64,000 nucleotides of DNA from the human T2T-CHM13v2.0 reference genome, Homo sapiens, in the NCBI RefSeq assembly GCF_009914755.1, contig NC_060925.1; one strand, written 5' to 3'. The first letter of the stretch is position 1. Every line of letters starts with the position of its first letter. Made by a program: the position numbers and the translations under genes. The notes beneath the pieces are model-generated. The model made no database searches. It saw only the letters and a list, made by a program, of their open reading frames with translations, and was not told where the DNA came from. Of this stretch, positions 35,854 to 61,309 are shown in pieces.

Positions 35854-36947
35854 TCATTAGGAGACCCGTTCAACACCCTAGTCTCCCATTTCTTTCATCA
35901 AACCTAATGAGCATTGCCTTCATTCCACTTAAGCAAACCTGTCCATGGCTACACCTTGGACTTGCCATCTCAGAACTACTCTACCTTTGAAATTATATTA
36001 ATAGCATCCTTTTCTCAGATTATAACCTTGTGTTCTTTCAAGCTATCACATTTCCTCGCTCCCGTTAAAATTCCACTTTCCTCTGAGTTTGATCCCTGGA
36101 TCTATATTTACTTAGCACCATCCTCTGAAACCTTTCTCTTTGACTACAACCTTCATTCTTTTCGATTTCTTTGATTCTAGGAACATCTCTACCATTGTCC
36201 AATCTCCTATCCCTCACAGCCTGGCTCCCGCAAAAAATAGTCTATACCAGTGGTTCCCAAATCTCATTGTGCATAAGAATCCCCTGAGGAGTTTAGTACA
36301 TACAGAGATTCTCAGGGCCCATCCCAGAATCTCCAAAGATAAAGCTCCCCAGATAACTACTGCTGTTGGTCCATAGTTGAGTGTTTACTTGAGAACCAGA
36401 AGTTCCACAGGCTGTACACGGCTATTACTCTAACACAGGGTTCCATGCACATCTCATTTGGGGGAACACGTTAAGTGATATTCAACCGTCTTCTTTACTG
36501 TGGGACTTGTCAGACCTCAGCATGTCAGTGTGTACTGTTCATCTCCCATGAGAGGATATGCATTTATTTGACCACCTTTTCGTTTCCTCCAGTGTAGTCT
36601 AGTGCTCTAGTTGGAGCACACTTTAAGACACTGATGCACACTCACCAGCTTCCCTTTCTTACCTTCCATTTGCTCTTCATCCATTACAATTAGGCATGTG
36701 GCCACACTATTCTGTCCTCAGGGAAAGGTAAACTATGGGCAGTCTCCAAACTTTTTTTTTTTTTTTTAAGATTTTTTTGGTAGAGACAGGGTCTCACTAT
36801 GTTGCTCAGGCTGGTTGCAAACTCCTGGGCTCAAGTGATTCTTCCATCTCAGCCTCCCAAGGTGCTGGGGTTACAGGTGTGAACCACCATGCCCAGCCCA
36901 GGAGTCTTCTTACTAGATGCTATCCATTTTCTTAAAACTTCTCCCTA

Positions 36948-37698
<751 letters not shown>

Positions 37699-37905
37699 TC
37701 AGTTTGGATTAAGAGATCCTTTGGGGCTTTTTGAAACATAAGAAGAAATCCTAAATCTTCACCTAATCATACTCTCACAATGAATATGTGTTAAAAATAA
37801 TAAAGTACTTTGGGGGCTGGGTGCAGTGGCTCACACCTGTAATCCCAGCACTTCGGGAGGCCAAGGTGTACAGATCACCTGAGGTCAGGAGTTGGAGACA
37901 CTCTA

Positions 37906-38244
<339 letters not shown>

Positions 38245-38320
38245 TTACAGAAAAAACTCACTCCATCCAGAAGGAACATCTTTCTTTCCAGTCTGGCAAC
38301 ATTTTTAGTTTTCAAAACTA

Positions 38321-38614
<294 letters not shown>

Positions 38615-38872
38615 TCAAAAAAAAAAAAAAAAAAAAAAGGTCAATAAAGATAAATCTAATTACTTAACATCGTAAACTTATTTTATTATTTATTTATTTA
38701 TTTAGTGATAGGACCTCACTCTGTTGCTCAGGCTGGAGTGCAGTGGTGTGATCACAGTACACCACAGCGTTGACCTCCCGGACTCAGGCAATCCTCCCAG
38801 CTCTGCCTCCCAAGAAGCTAGGACTACAGGTGTGCGTCACCATGCCTGGATAATTTTTTTTATTTTTTGTAG

Positions 38873-39356
<484 letters not shown>

Positions 39357-39630
39357 TTAATATCTGTCTCTTTGCTCTGAATTCCAATGCCCTTTCAAAT
39401 TCCTCTCCACCTGGTCCCATCTCCTCTACCTGATACAGACTCACAGGGCACCAGTGCTGGCTGGGCCCATGGAGATCCAAGAACAAACTTCCCTTTTACA
39501 GAAGAGGAAACTGAGGTCTCAAAAGGAAAAGAGATTTCCACAAATTAGCAGTAGAAACTAGGATCAGTATCCAGGAGTCCTGACTTGTTGCTCCTTTCTA
39601 TTCTTTCTCCAACTCTTCCACTTTTGGTCA

Positions 39631-40116
<486 letters not shown>

Positions 40117-40516
40117 TTATTGACACAAGACATATCCATATTATAGTGTTACATTAATATATAATTATTCGGAAAAAAGACTGGCGGGATATGCACAAAA
40201 AGGTTAACAATGGCTGTGTCAGAATGATGGAATTATGAGTAGGTTTATTCATAACTGTCAAACCTTGGAAGCAGCCAAAATGTCCTTCAGTAGATGAATA
40301 GACAGACTGTGGTACATCCAGACCAAATGTAATGCTATTCCATGCTAAGAAGAAATGAGTGACAAAGCCACGAAAACACAAAGGAACAGTAAATGCATTT
40401 TACTAGGTGAAAGAAGCCAATCTGCCGGGCGCGGTGGCTCATGCCTGTAATCCCAGCACTTTGGGAGGCCGAGGTGGGCAGATCACGAGGTCAGGAGATC
40501 AAGACTATCCTGGCTA

Positions 40517-41056
<540 letters not shown>

Positions 41057-41903
41057 TCAATTGGCTTCTCCATTTTCCCAGGCAGCATTTTATTTTTCTC
41101 ACCATCCCTCTGTCCTTTCCCACCATTTGATTAAGAAGCCATTGCTCTAACCCAAATTGGGGAAGCCTCACATATCTAATATAGTTCCATGAATCTTTCC
41201 TGTAGTTAATAAATATTATCAGAAGAAAAAGAACAAAAAGAAATAGGAAGAAATAAATGAAAAGAAGGAAGGCGAAAATAGTCTGGGAAAAAGAAGATAA
41301 AATATTATTTTCTCTGACTTTGGAAAACCTTAACTCACAAAAGTAGAATTTCCAAGGCATGTGCCAGGGGAAGCAATGAATGATTGCAGGTTATATGGGG
41401 TTGGCAGGTTATATGGGGTTGGCAGGTTATATGGAGGAGAGAAATGCCCATGCAGTCAAATACATTTGAGGAATGCCGATTGAATAAAGCCAACAGATTT
41501 CTTTGTTGCAGAGTTTCTCAGAACCTTCATAGGCCCATGTGCTTCATGAATCTCCAAGAGGAGAATGTAACATGCATCATGTACCAACTTTATTTGACCA
41601 TGATAACAGTTCAAATTAAGTAAGATATCTTGTAGAACTGGCATCTTCAAAACACCCTTTGGTATATATTTGAAGTTGGTGGATGGAATGAAGAATTGAT
41701 TATTAATTCATGTTTTCTGGGCAGTCACTACAATCCAAGCATGGATACCTTTGATTTCTCAGGTTTCAAGTAAGAATAACTATTGCAGGGGTTCTAACTT
41801 TTAGTCAGCCCTCCAGCAGTCTTCAGCAGCAAAGCAGTGTGAATTTGGATGCTGTTTCTCCACCTCCTCAATCTCTGAGTGGAGAGGAAGAACTCGGAGG
41901 TCA

Positions 41904-42140
<237 letters not shown>

Positions 42141-44096
42141 CTATAGAAGTCAAAAAAAAATGGTGGTGGGTTTGGTGGGCTGCCTAGTTAACATGGGTGG
42201 TGAGCACATGCTGGTCAGTCTCTGACTAATAGCCACCTCAGTTGTTAACTCCTTCAAGCACAGTACCTGGGACAGCATAAATGCTCAACTCTTGTGTTCT
42301 GATGAATAAAAGGATAAAAGAAGAATGAAGGGTAGGAAGGATAAAGGGAAAAAGAGAGACTAGGTTGCCACCTAAAGTCTCTAAACGCCTCTAGATCAAC
42401 ACACAGACGTTTTCTTGCTGGAATGGGAAAAGTCCTCTTGGTGATTCTGGACAGAGAAGAGAATCAGGACGGTGTCCTTCTCGTAACAAACACTTTTGTG
42501 GCATCTACTGGGGCCAGCTGCTCATGGAGGCTCTGGGATACTGGTGGTAGGGGTGAAAAAGGAAGAGTGAATCTATCAGCAAGGGATTAAACAGGCTCAG
42601 AATCTAAGAGCTCAGGGCTGAAAAGGACTTAGAAGTCATCCATGCTTTGAAGTTGGAATCCCCCAATGCCCACCTTCACCATCCCCAAGGCAAAATGGGT
42701 GAGGCTGTTCCCCTCCTGCCCTTTCCATGCTCTCTCCTCAGGCTACAAAAGGCCTTTTGGTTTTATCTGTTCTCTGCCTTTGGTTTTCCTGATTTTGCTC
42801 CAATAGGCACTTTTTTTAGGGGGGGATTATGCTTTTGATCAAAAGCTTGGTGCTGAATTTCTCTTTTCTCCAGAGAGATTCAGTCTCACCCTGCTTTCCC
42901 AACACATGGCGTTTGTGTAGAGGGGAGGACCAAAGGAACATGTGTGGTTTGGAAGCAGTGTTCTGTTCTGTTCTTCTTGTAGGAAGGGTTACATTTAAGA
43001 TCTTACCTGGGGACAGAGACATGAGTGATATGGAAGTACTTTGAGACCAGTACCAATGTATACAAAAATGACTGAAGGGCCCAGAGAAGGCAGTATTATG
43101 TGTCTTCAGAGTTTTTAAATCTACAATTTCTTTCAAAGAGTGAAGACTTGGGTTAACTCACCCCAGAGCCCTGAGCAAAGGTGATGAAGTTCCATGGAAA
43201 TTGACCACTAGAATAGAAGGAACCCTCCTAAGACCCACAGACTTTAGTGTCCAAGTTTCAAATAAGCACCGTATACCATCTTGAAGGGACTCATGCCTCC
43301 CTATTGATGAACTCTGCTTCCAAAGTGTGATCCAACTTGAAGAAAGACTGTCATGCAGCCAAGCCAAGGACAGATTAAAGATCTAGTGTTTCCATCCATG
43401 ACTTGTCATAGCCCCAGAGGCCAACAGTGATCAATCAATCTATGACATTTCATCTTATCATGCCCTACTTCCCTCCCACAAAAGGCAGTGGGGGGAAGGG
43501 GGTGGGAACTAAGTCACTGAGCTGAAATGATCCATACTTCCCAGAGCCAGAAAACACTCTCACGTCCTTGAGGCTTCTCTTGGCTTTCCTGGGCCCCTGG
43601 TCTCAATATACCATCCTAGGCCCCGTGCAGTGGCTCATGCTTGTAATCCCAGCACTTTGGGAAGCCAAGTCAGGCCGATCCCTTGAAGTCAAGAGTTTGA
43701 GGCCAGGCGCGGTGGCTCACGCCTGTAATCACAGCACTTTGGGAGGCCAAGGCAGGTGGATCACGAGGTCAGGAGTTCAAGACTAGCCTGGCCAACATGG
43801 TGAAACCCCATCTCTACTAAGAAGAAAAAAAATTAGCCAGGCATGGTGCCGGGGGCCTGTAATCCCAGCTACTCGGGAGGCTGAGGCTGAGAATTGCTTG
43901 AACCCGGGAGGTAGAGGTTGCAGTGAGCTGAGATCGTGCCACTGCGCTCCAGCCTGGATGACAGAGCAAGACTCCGTCTCAAAAAAAAAAAAAAAAAGTT
44001 TGAGACCAGTCTGGCCACGTGGTGAAACCCCATCTCTACTAAAAATATAGAAATTAGCTGGGCGTGATGGCGTGTGCCTGTAATCCCATCTACTCA

Positions 44097-44246
<150 letters not shown>

Positions 44247-44621
44247 CTATATGCCTGATGTCACCATATGGTAAAGCTACTCTTCTTCCACCAGAGGAGG
44301 GACTGGCACTACACATTGCCTGGCACAGAGGAAGTGCTGAATGAATAAATAAATAAATGATCAAATTAATGAGTAAACATATAGATGAAAGAATTACTGA
44401 AAAGAAGTTGAGAGAAGATACAAGCCTTCCCCCATTTTAAGGTGCTCAAAAGAGGAAACCAGGATTTAAAAAGTAGATAGCCAAGATTCCTTGGCTAATT
44501 TTTTAAAAAATGATTTTCAAAGGGAATTATAACACAGTGATGTTCAAAGGGAATCGTAATGCATAATGAGCGCCCCTAGTGGCCTGCAGTGTTGGTTGAG
44601 GAATCATTGGACTTGGGCCTA

Positions 44622-45068
<447 letters not shown>

Positions 45069-47344
45069 TTAAGCTAGGCTGCAACCCCTAGCCCCACTGC
45101 CCACCACAGGGTTGCCCCAGTAAAGCAGAGGATTCCAGCCCACCTGGTGTGGCCAAGAGAAAGGCTAAATCCTTTGAACCAAGTACAGGGGCCCGGGACA
45201 GGTTCAGTCCTAGACTTCTTGCCAGGGGACAGTTCAGTTGCCTGGACGTGGTCATGTTGGAATTAGAATCATCTGATGGTTATTTGGAGTATTATGTGCT
45301 CAATTCCCCACGCTGGGAGAAAAAAGAATGAGAAGCTTCCTGTTTGTGACATGGAATGTGCATGCCTAAAAAATCGGCTTTAGTGCCCAGTGAAGAGTCA
45401 GGGTGGTAGGGGGAGCCATCTACAGAAACTGTTTGGGGAAGGACTCTGATAGATGCAGCAGAGAGATTTCAGCAACACAAGAGAAGTAAGAAGAAATGGA
45501 TGGAGCAAAGGCAATATCTGGCCGGGTGCGGTGGCTCACGCCTGTAATCCCAGCACTTTGGGAGGCTGAGGCATGCAGATCACTTGAGGTTGGGTGTTCG
45601 AGATCAGCCTGGACAACATGGTGAAACCCTGTCTCTACTAAAAATACAAAAATTAGCTGGGTGTGGTGGCGCACACCTGTAGTCCCAAGCTACTAGGGAG
45701 GCTGAGGCAGAAGAATCACTTGAACCGAGGAGGCGAAGGTTGCAGTGAGCTGAGATTGTGCCACTGCACTCCAACCTGGGCGACAAAGTGAGACTGTGTC
45801 TCAAAACAGCAACAACAAACAAACAAACAAACAAAAACAATGGCAATATCTGTGTGCTGAAGATTCCTACATCTCTAGCTCCAGCCCTAACCCTTCCACT
45901 GAGCTCCAGACTGACTATTTGCTGGACAGTTCCACCAGGAACTCCTACAAGTTCTTCAGGGAAACAGGACCAAACTGAACTGGTAATTAATTCTCCCCCA
46001 CAGGCCTGCTCCTGTGAGTGGGCTCAGTGAATCCCGTACAGAAACCTGAGAATCACCCTGGATTCCTCCCTCTCTCCTCCTCATTTAGTCAAACCCCAGA
46101 GTCAATCAGTTCACCCCAGAGTCAATCAGTTCTGTTTTTTTACTCTTTCACCAGTTATTGCCACTGCTTTAGTTCAGGCTCTCATCCCTTTTTATTGCCT
46201 GGAATTTTTAATAGTCGCCAACATGGATTCAATGAAGGTAAATGAAGCTAATTTCACATTTTTAAAAAATGAGGTAGTTGGGACACTCGATGAAGCAAAT
46301 CAAGAGATAAAGTCTCTTGTAATATTTTTTGTAGATAAGACAGGGTGGGGCAGGGGCTGCCTCCAGCTGGTTTATGGTTCCTGCGTGTACACAAGGGGGT
46401 CTGTGTGTGGGTACTGGATCTTCCCATCTTCTCCTGGGAGAGAAAGACAGGCACCCAGTGCAGATTCATGGACGTGGTCCGTTGGGCAAGCCTGGGGCTG
46501 GCTGGAAGCTGGGGCAGCTGAGGTGGACTTGCCTTCTTGCGTGGTCTGAGTCCAGTTCTGCAGCCCTTTCAAGAACAGAGGTGCAAAGCCGGAGAGAAGC
46601 AGCGGCACCAAGGGAGATGTGGAAGGCAGGCTGAAGAAGCAGAGAGAGAGAGGAGAGGACCCTGCCATTCATCTTCCCATCTCCACTGCCTTCGGTTGCC
46701 CACTCTGTCCTTCAACTACATTTGGAAATGCAATTTGAGGCTGAGAGGACCCTGGGAGGGCTATGAAGCACAAATTAAAACCAAGACAGTTGTGCCACCA
46801 CCCCGTTTCTAGCCTCCTGTGACAACTCAGATGAAGAAGGGAGTGTGTGTGGCATTGAGGGAGGGACAACTCTCATTGTGAGAAAAGGAAGCAGTTTTGG
46901 CCCTTTAGTCAAAGGTCACTGGGATTTGGGTGGGGGTGGAGTGGGGTGGATCTGAGTGGAAGAAAGAGCAAAAAGGGAGTGAGGAGGTCCTCATGGGTAG
47001 CATTTGCTCTCTTCCCGGATGGATAGCAGGCCCTGGGGATTCCCCTTGGAGCGTCCCCTGGATCCCGTGAGTGCTGACTTCCTGCACAGCATCTTTACAC
47101 CAGGGATGACATCCCCCTTGTTTCTTAGGCTAGGGACCCAAGGGGTAGCTTAGGAAAGGCCTTACCCCAAGAGGTGGGGTGGGAGGGAGAGCACTTGAAA
47201 TGACGTCTTCCAAACAGGTCTTTGACTGTAACTACCAGGGAGAGGGCCTGGTCTTCTCAAAGGTGTTGGAGGTCATTCCTGTGAGTCCTTTGGAGGTCAC
47301 AAAACCCAGTAGGGGCAGGCAAGGGGAAAGCTCACCCCTCTTAC

Positions 47345-47385
47345 CTTTTTCCAGAGGTTACAGTTCCTATCACATTGGAATACAT
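47345..47385 (-). CDS. SERPINC1: SERPINC1 exon 1 coding part (41 nt), MYSNVIGTVTSGKR
   Basis: gccATGt start and gtaaga donor. Exon sum 41+367+216+138+391+65+177=1395 nt = 464 aa. Confidence 0.99.
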
Positions 47386-47449
47386 GGCCGCTAATCTTCC
47401 ACAGGGCTGGGCAAGTGGAGATAGTGTGATCTGAGGCAATCCGCCTGAA

Positions 47450-47600
47450 AACTGGTTCTTTCCTCTAAATCTCGCAGAGGTTCCAGAGGACAGGGTGGGG
47501 CAGAGAGCTGGTCAGGAGGGGGAACTGAGGTCAAAGGCTGATGACCAGTTCCCAGGGTTAAGCAAAGTGTAGAGCCCAGTGTTGTTTAATTAGTAGAGAA
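47450..47600 (-). promoter_or_regulatory. SERPINC1 liver promoter with a DR1/HNF4-type element and forkhead-like site
   Basis: AGGTCA-A-AGGCTG (CAAAG core) at 47528-47540; gggttaagcaaagt at ~47555-47568; tgtttaattag at ~47583-47593. No canonical TATA seen. Factor assignment is from motif similarity and recalled literature. Confidence 0.7.
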
Positions 47601-47730
47601 GTTTTAAAGTTCAATCAGGCCCAGGGAAAGCCTGAGCCACCTCTCTTGCCCACACTCCCTCACTCTTCTCCTCAGCTTTATAGAAAAGGAAAAGGAGAGT
47701 ATGTTCATACCCTCAAACTTGGTTAGGAAA

Positions 47731-47838
47731 TACCTGACTGAGGAGAAACTTGTCTGCAGGATTTTTTGTTTCTCGTTAACTAAATCAGAAGATAGAAATA
47801 GTTAATGTCCAAAAACTTCTAGCCCTCTACCTGTAATT
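47731..47838. other. 108-bp (S/long) allele of the SERPINC1 5' length polymorphism
   Basis: The segment tacctgactg...ctgtaatt is 108 bp and starts 345 bp upstream of the ATG, as in the known 32/108-bp non-homologous polymorphism. Confidence 0.85.
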
Positions 47839-48729
47839 CCCTCTCTCATAGTTTTCTTTATGGAGAGAGGGAGAGAGAGAGAGAAATATCTAATTAGAGA
47901 AGGCAAAGAGGGACAAGCTGCTACCTTCAGGCATCTGAGTGCCAAGGTGTCCCTGGCACAGACAAGGAAAACACAATGGTTACACCTGTGGCCCACAGAG
48001 AGACCCATTCCCCAGCAGCCCTGAAGTGGTGGGACAGGGAGAGAAGAGCAGGGCCTCGGGGTGCATGCCAAGCGCGTTTCTAAGGGGTGTGAGCAGCTGG
48101 GAAATACTTAGCAAAACTCTACTGGGGGATCAGGAGACAGAATGCGGGGCAGGTGAAAAACCCACGTACAACTGCTGAAATAAAAACAAACTAAATTATA
48201 TTTATGTGTATCGTTATTTTTATTAGTTATTGGGGAGATTGGGTAAATTCAAACTAGTGGAGATAAAGGGCAGGTTTGTTTACATTTCCCTCTTCTGAAA
48301 TAGCCAAAAGCACCATCACAAGGACTGCAGCCACCAAGTTCACAGGGCGCATGTGCCTCCTGCTGTGTGATCAAGGACTCCTTGTAGTTGTTGTTGCAGT
48401 CATAGGCATTTTCGAGAGCTCTTCGTTCATGAGAGAGGACATCTCTCCTGAACTGAAGCTGTGTCTAAGTTCTTGGCTGATTCAGACCCTGGATCCTTTG
48501 AAGCCCCCCATGTGCAGTGTGAACAGTAGCCGAGAACTGTCCCAAAGGGCCCCAGAATGCCCAGAGGCTCATCTGTCACCCTAGATTAAAGACTATTGAA
48601 AAGTCTCCTGTTCAACCACTTGAGTTCAACAAATACACGAGTGCTGCTTGTGCCAGCAGACACTGTTCTTGGGGCTGGGATTCCATTCGGGGGAGACATA
48701 CAGCAATCACATAAAGAATCAGTATTTTA

Positions 48730-58843
<10,114 letters not shown>

Positions 58844-59851
58844 AAGAAGCACAAATCTGGTCCCTTCATTCCACTGCTTACTACCCTTCTTTGCATTCCG
58901 TTTACTTTCAGAATAAAATCCAAACACTTAAGCACGGTCCACAGGCTTCCATGATCTATCCGGCTGTGCATCTCAAGCCACTGTGTCACTCCTTTTCCTC
59001 TAGTCTTAATGAACTCCTTCCAGTTTCCACACCTCAGGCTCTTTCTTCCCTTAGAGAATTCACACGTTCTATTTTCTCTGACCAAGCCTCTTGTCTCCCA
59101 CACACCTTTCTCCCGCTCCCCCATGATTTTTCAAGTTTTATCTTCAATGCAACTTCCTCAGGAAAGCCTGACCAGCCAGGCAAGGTTAAGTCTTCCTTGG
59201 ATACCATCTCACTGCTCCTTGCTCTTCTGAGGACAAGTATGGTTGAAAAATTCTTTGGTAATTCTGTTTAGTGTTTTGTCAAGTTCCAGAATTAAAGTTC
59301 ATTGCGGGTGGAGGCAGTATTTTCTAACTCTTTGTCCTCTACCGGGCTGTGCATATGGGAAGTACTCAATACATTTCTTTAGTAAATACTCAATGGGTAT
59401 TCAGTGGGTATTTGACAAGTCCACTTTTTATATGGTAGGTGTTCCAAATAAGGGTGGCAGCCATTTACTGAATGAGTCATCTTGCTGGAGGGCAAAGGGG
59501 TTTACTAATTGATCACTGAAGATTAGCTGGTTATTGGGATTGAAGCACTAATGGGCATAAAAACCAAATTTCTATTGGTATTTTTGTTTCAGCCCAAGAG
59601 GTCAGAATGTACCCTATTGCTTGTGAGCAGGGTAGGCCTAGGTAGGTGATTAAGATGACAGGGCTAGTTTTGTAATTCCCAGTCCAGAATTTATAATCAT
59701 TCAGGGATGGCTGCAGCAGTTACCACTCCTCATACCCTAAGCTTTCTTTACTATGGTCCCTTCCCTTGAGGTCAGATATACCAATGGACACCTAATCGCT
59801 AATTGTTGGTAGGAGAAGTAAATAACCTTCACTGGTAATGTGCATTATTGA

Positions 59852-60011
59852 TTTTTTTTTTTTTTTGGAGACGGAGTTTCACTCTTTGTTGCCCAGGCTG
59901 GGGTGCAGTGGTGTTAGCTCACCGCAACTTCTACCTCCCGAGTTCAAGCGATTCTCCTGCCTCAGCCTCCCGAGCAGCTGGGATTACAGGTGGCCACCAC
60001 CATGCCCAGCT

Positions 60012-60051
<40 letters not shown>

Positions 60052-61026
60052 TAGAGATGGGGTTTCATCATGTTGGCCAGGCTGGTCTCAAACTCCTGGC
60101 CTCAGGTGATCTGCCTGCCTCGGCCTCCCAAAGTGCTGGGATTACAAGGTGTGAGCCACCGTGCGTGGCTGCATTATTTACTTTTTAAAAATATTTAGTT
60201 CCTACTTTAAAGGAAATTGCAGCTATTGTGTTATCCATCTTTATTAAAAAAATGGATTTTTTACATAATCATGTTTCACACTGAACGAAAATGCCATTCC
60301 TTGGTATCATCTAATGCCCAATACTTAATCAAATTTTCCTGTATACAAAAGTCTTTTGTGTATTTGGTTTGCTAAAATCACCTATGCTGCATTTGATTTT
60401 TGTACTTCTTACATTTCTTTTAATCTAGAATAATAGAGTCTCATTCCATTGCCCAGGCTGGTGTAGTGGTGCGATCAAGCATCATAGCTCATTGTAGCTT
60501 TGATCTCCTGGACTTTAGCAATCCTCCCGCCTCAGCCTCCTGAGTAGCTGGGACTACACACACGAGCCACCACACCCAACCTCCTCCCTTTTCTTCTTCA
60601 TGCCATTGAGGTGTTGACTAACGTATGGTCTCTATTAGACAAACTTACTTATATCCACTAACTTCGAGGAATGACTAATGGGTGGGGATTTCAGGACAAT
60701 CAGAAGTCAGCAAGAATGGGAAGACAAGGCTGGGCATAGTGGCTCATGCCTGTAATCCCAGCACTTTGGGAGGCTGAGGCGGGCAGATCGCTTGACATCA
60801 GGAGTTTGAGACCAGCCTGGCCAACATGGTGAAACCCCATCTCTACTAAAAATGTAAAAATTAGCTGGGCATGGTGGCGCAGGCCTATATTCTCAGCTAC
60901 TTGGGAGGCTGAGGCAAGAGAATTGCTTGAACTGGGGAGGCAGAGGCTGCAGTGAGCTGAGATTGTGCCCCTGCACTCCAGCCTGGACAACAGAGCAAGA
61001 CACCATCTCAAAAAAAAAAAAAAAAA
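59852..61026. mobile_element. Alu - 59852-60170 (38-nt internal T run), partial Alu - 60435-60582, Alu + 60728-61026
   Basis: Alu consensus motifs. Confidence 0.88.
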
Positions 61027-61309
61027 ATGGAAAGACAAAAAAACATTTTGCATCAGGAAGTTACCATGACAAGTCCTTTTCACTTAAGCATAAAGATGGT
61101 CCTAATTTTCAGAAGCGCCATAAAAACCGAGACACTGGATGTTAGCCATTGAATCTCATTGAATTGATGCTAGTATCTCAGAACCACTACCCTCACTCCT
61201 AATGTGCAATCACTGTGTGACAAATGAAGGAATATGACTGTAGCTTATTTAAGATTGGACTAATTCCTGTGATGTCCACACAAAATTGGCTACTCCAAGT
61301 ATGTGTTTG

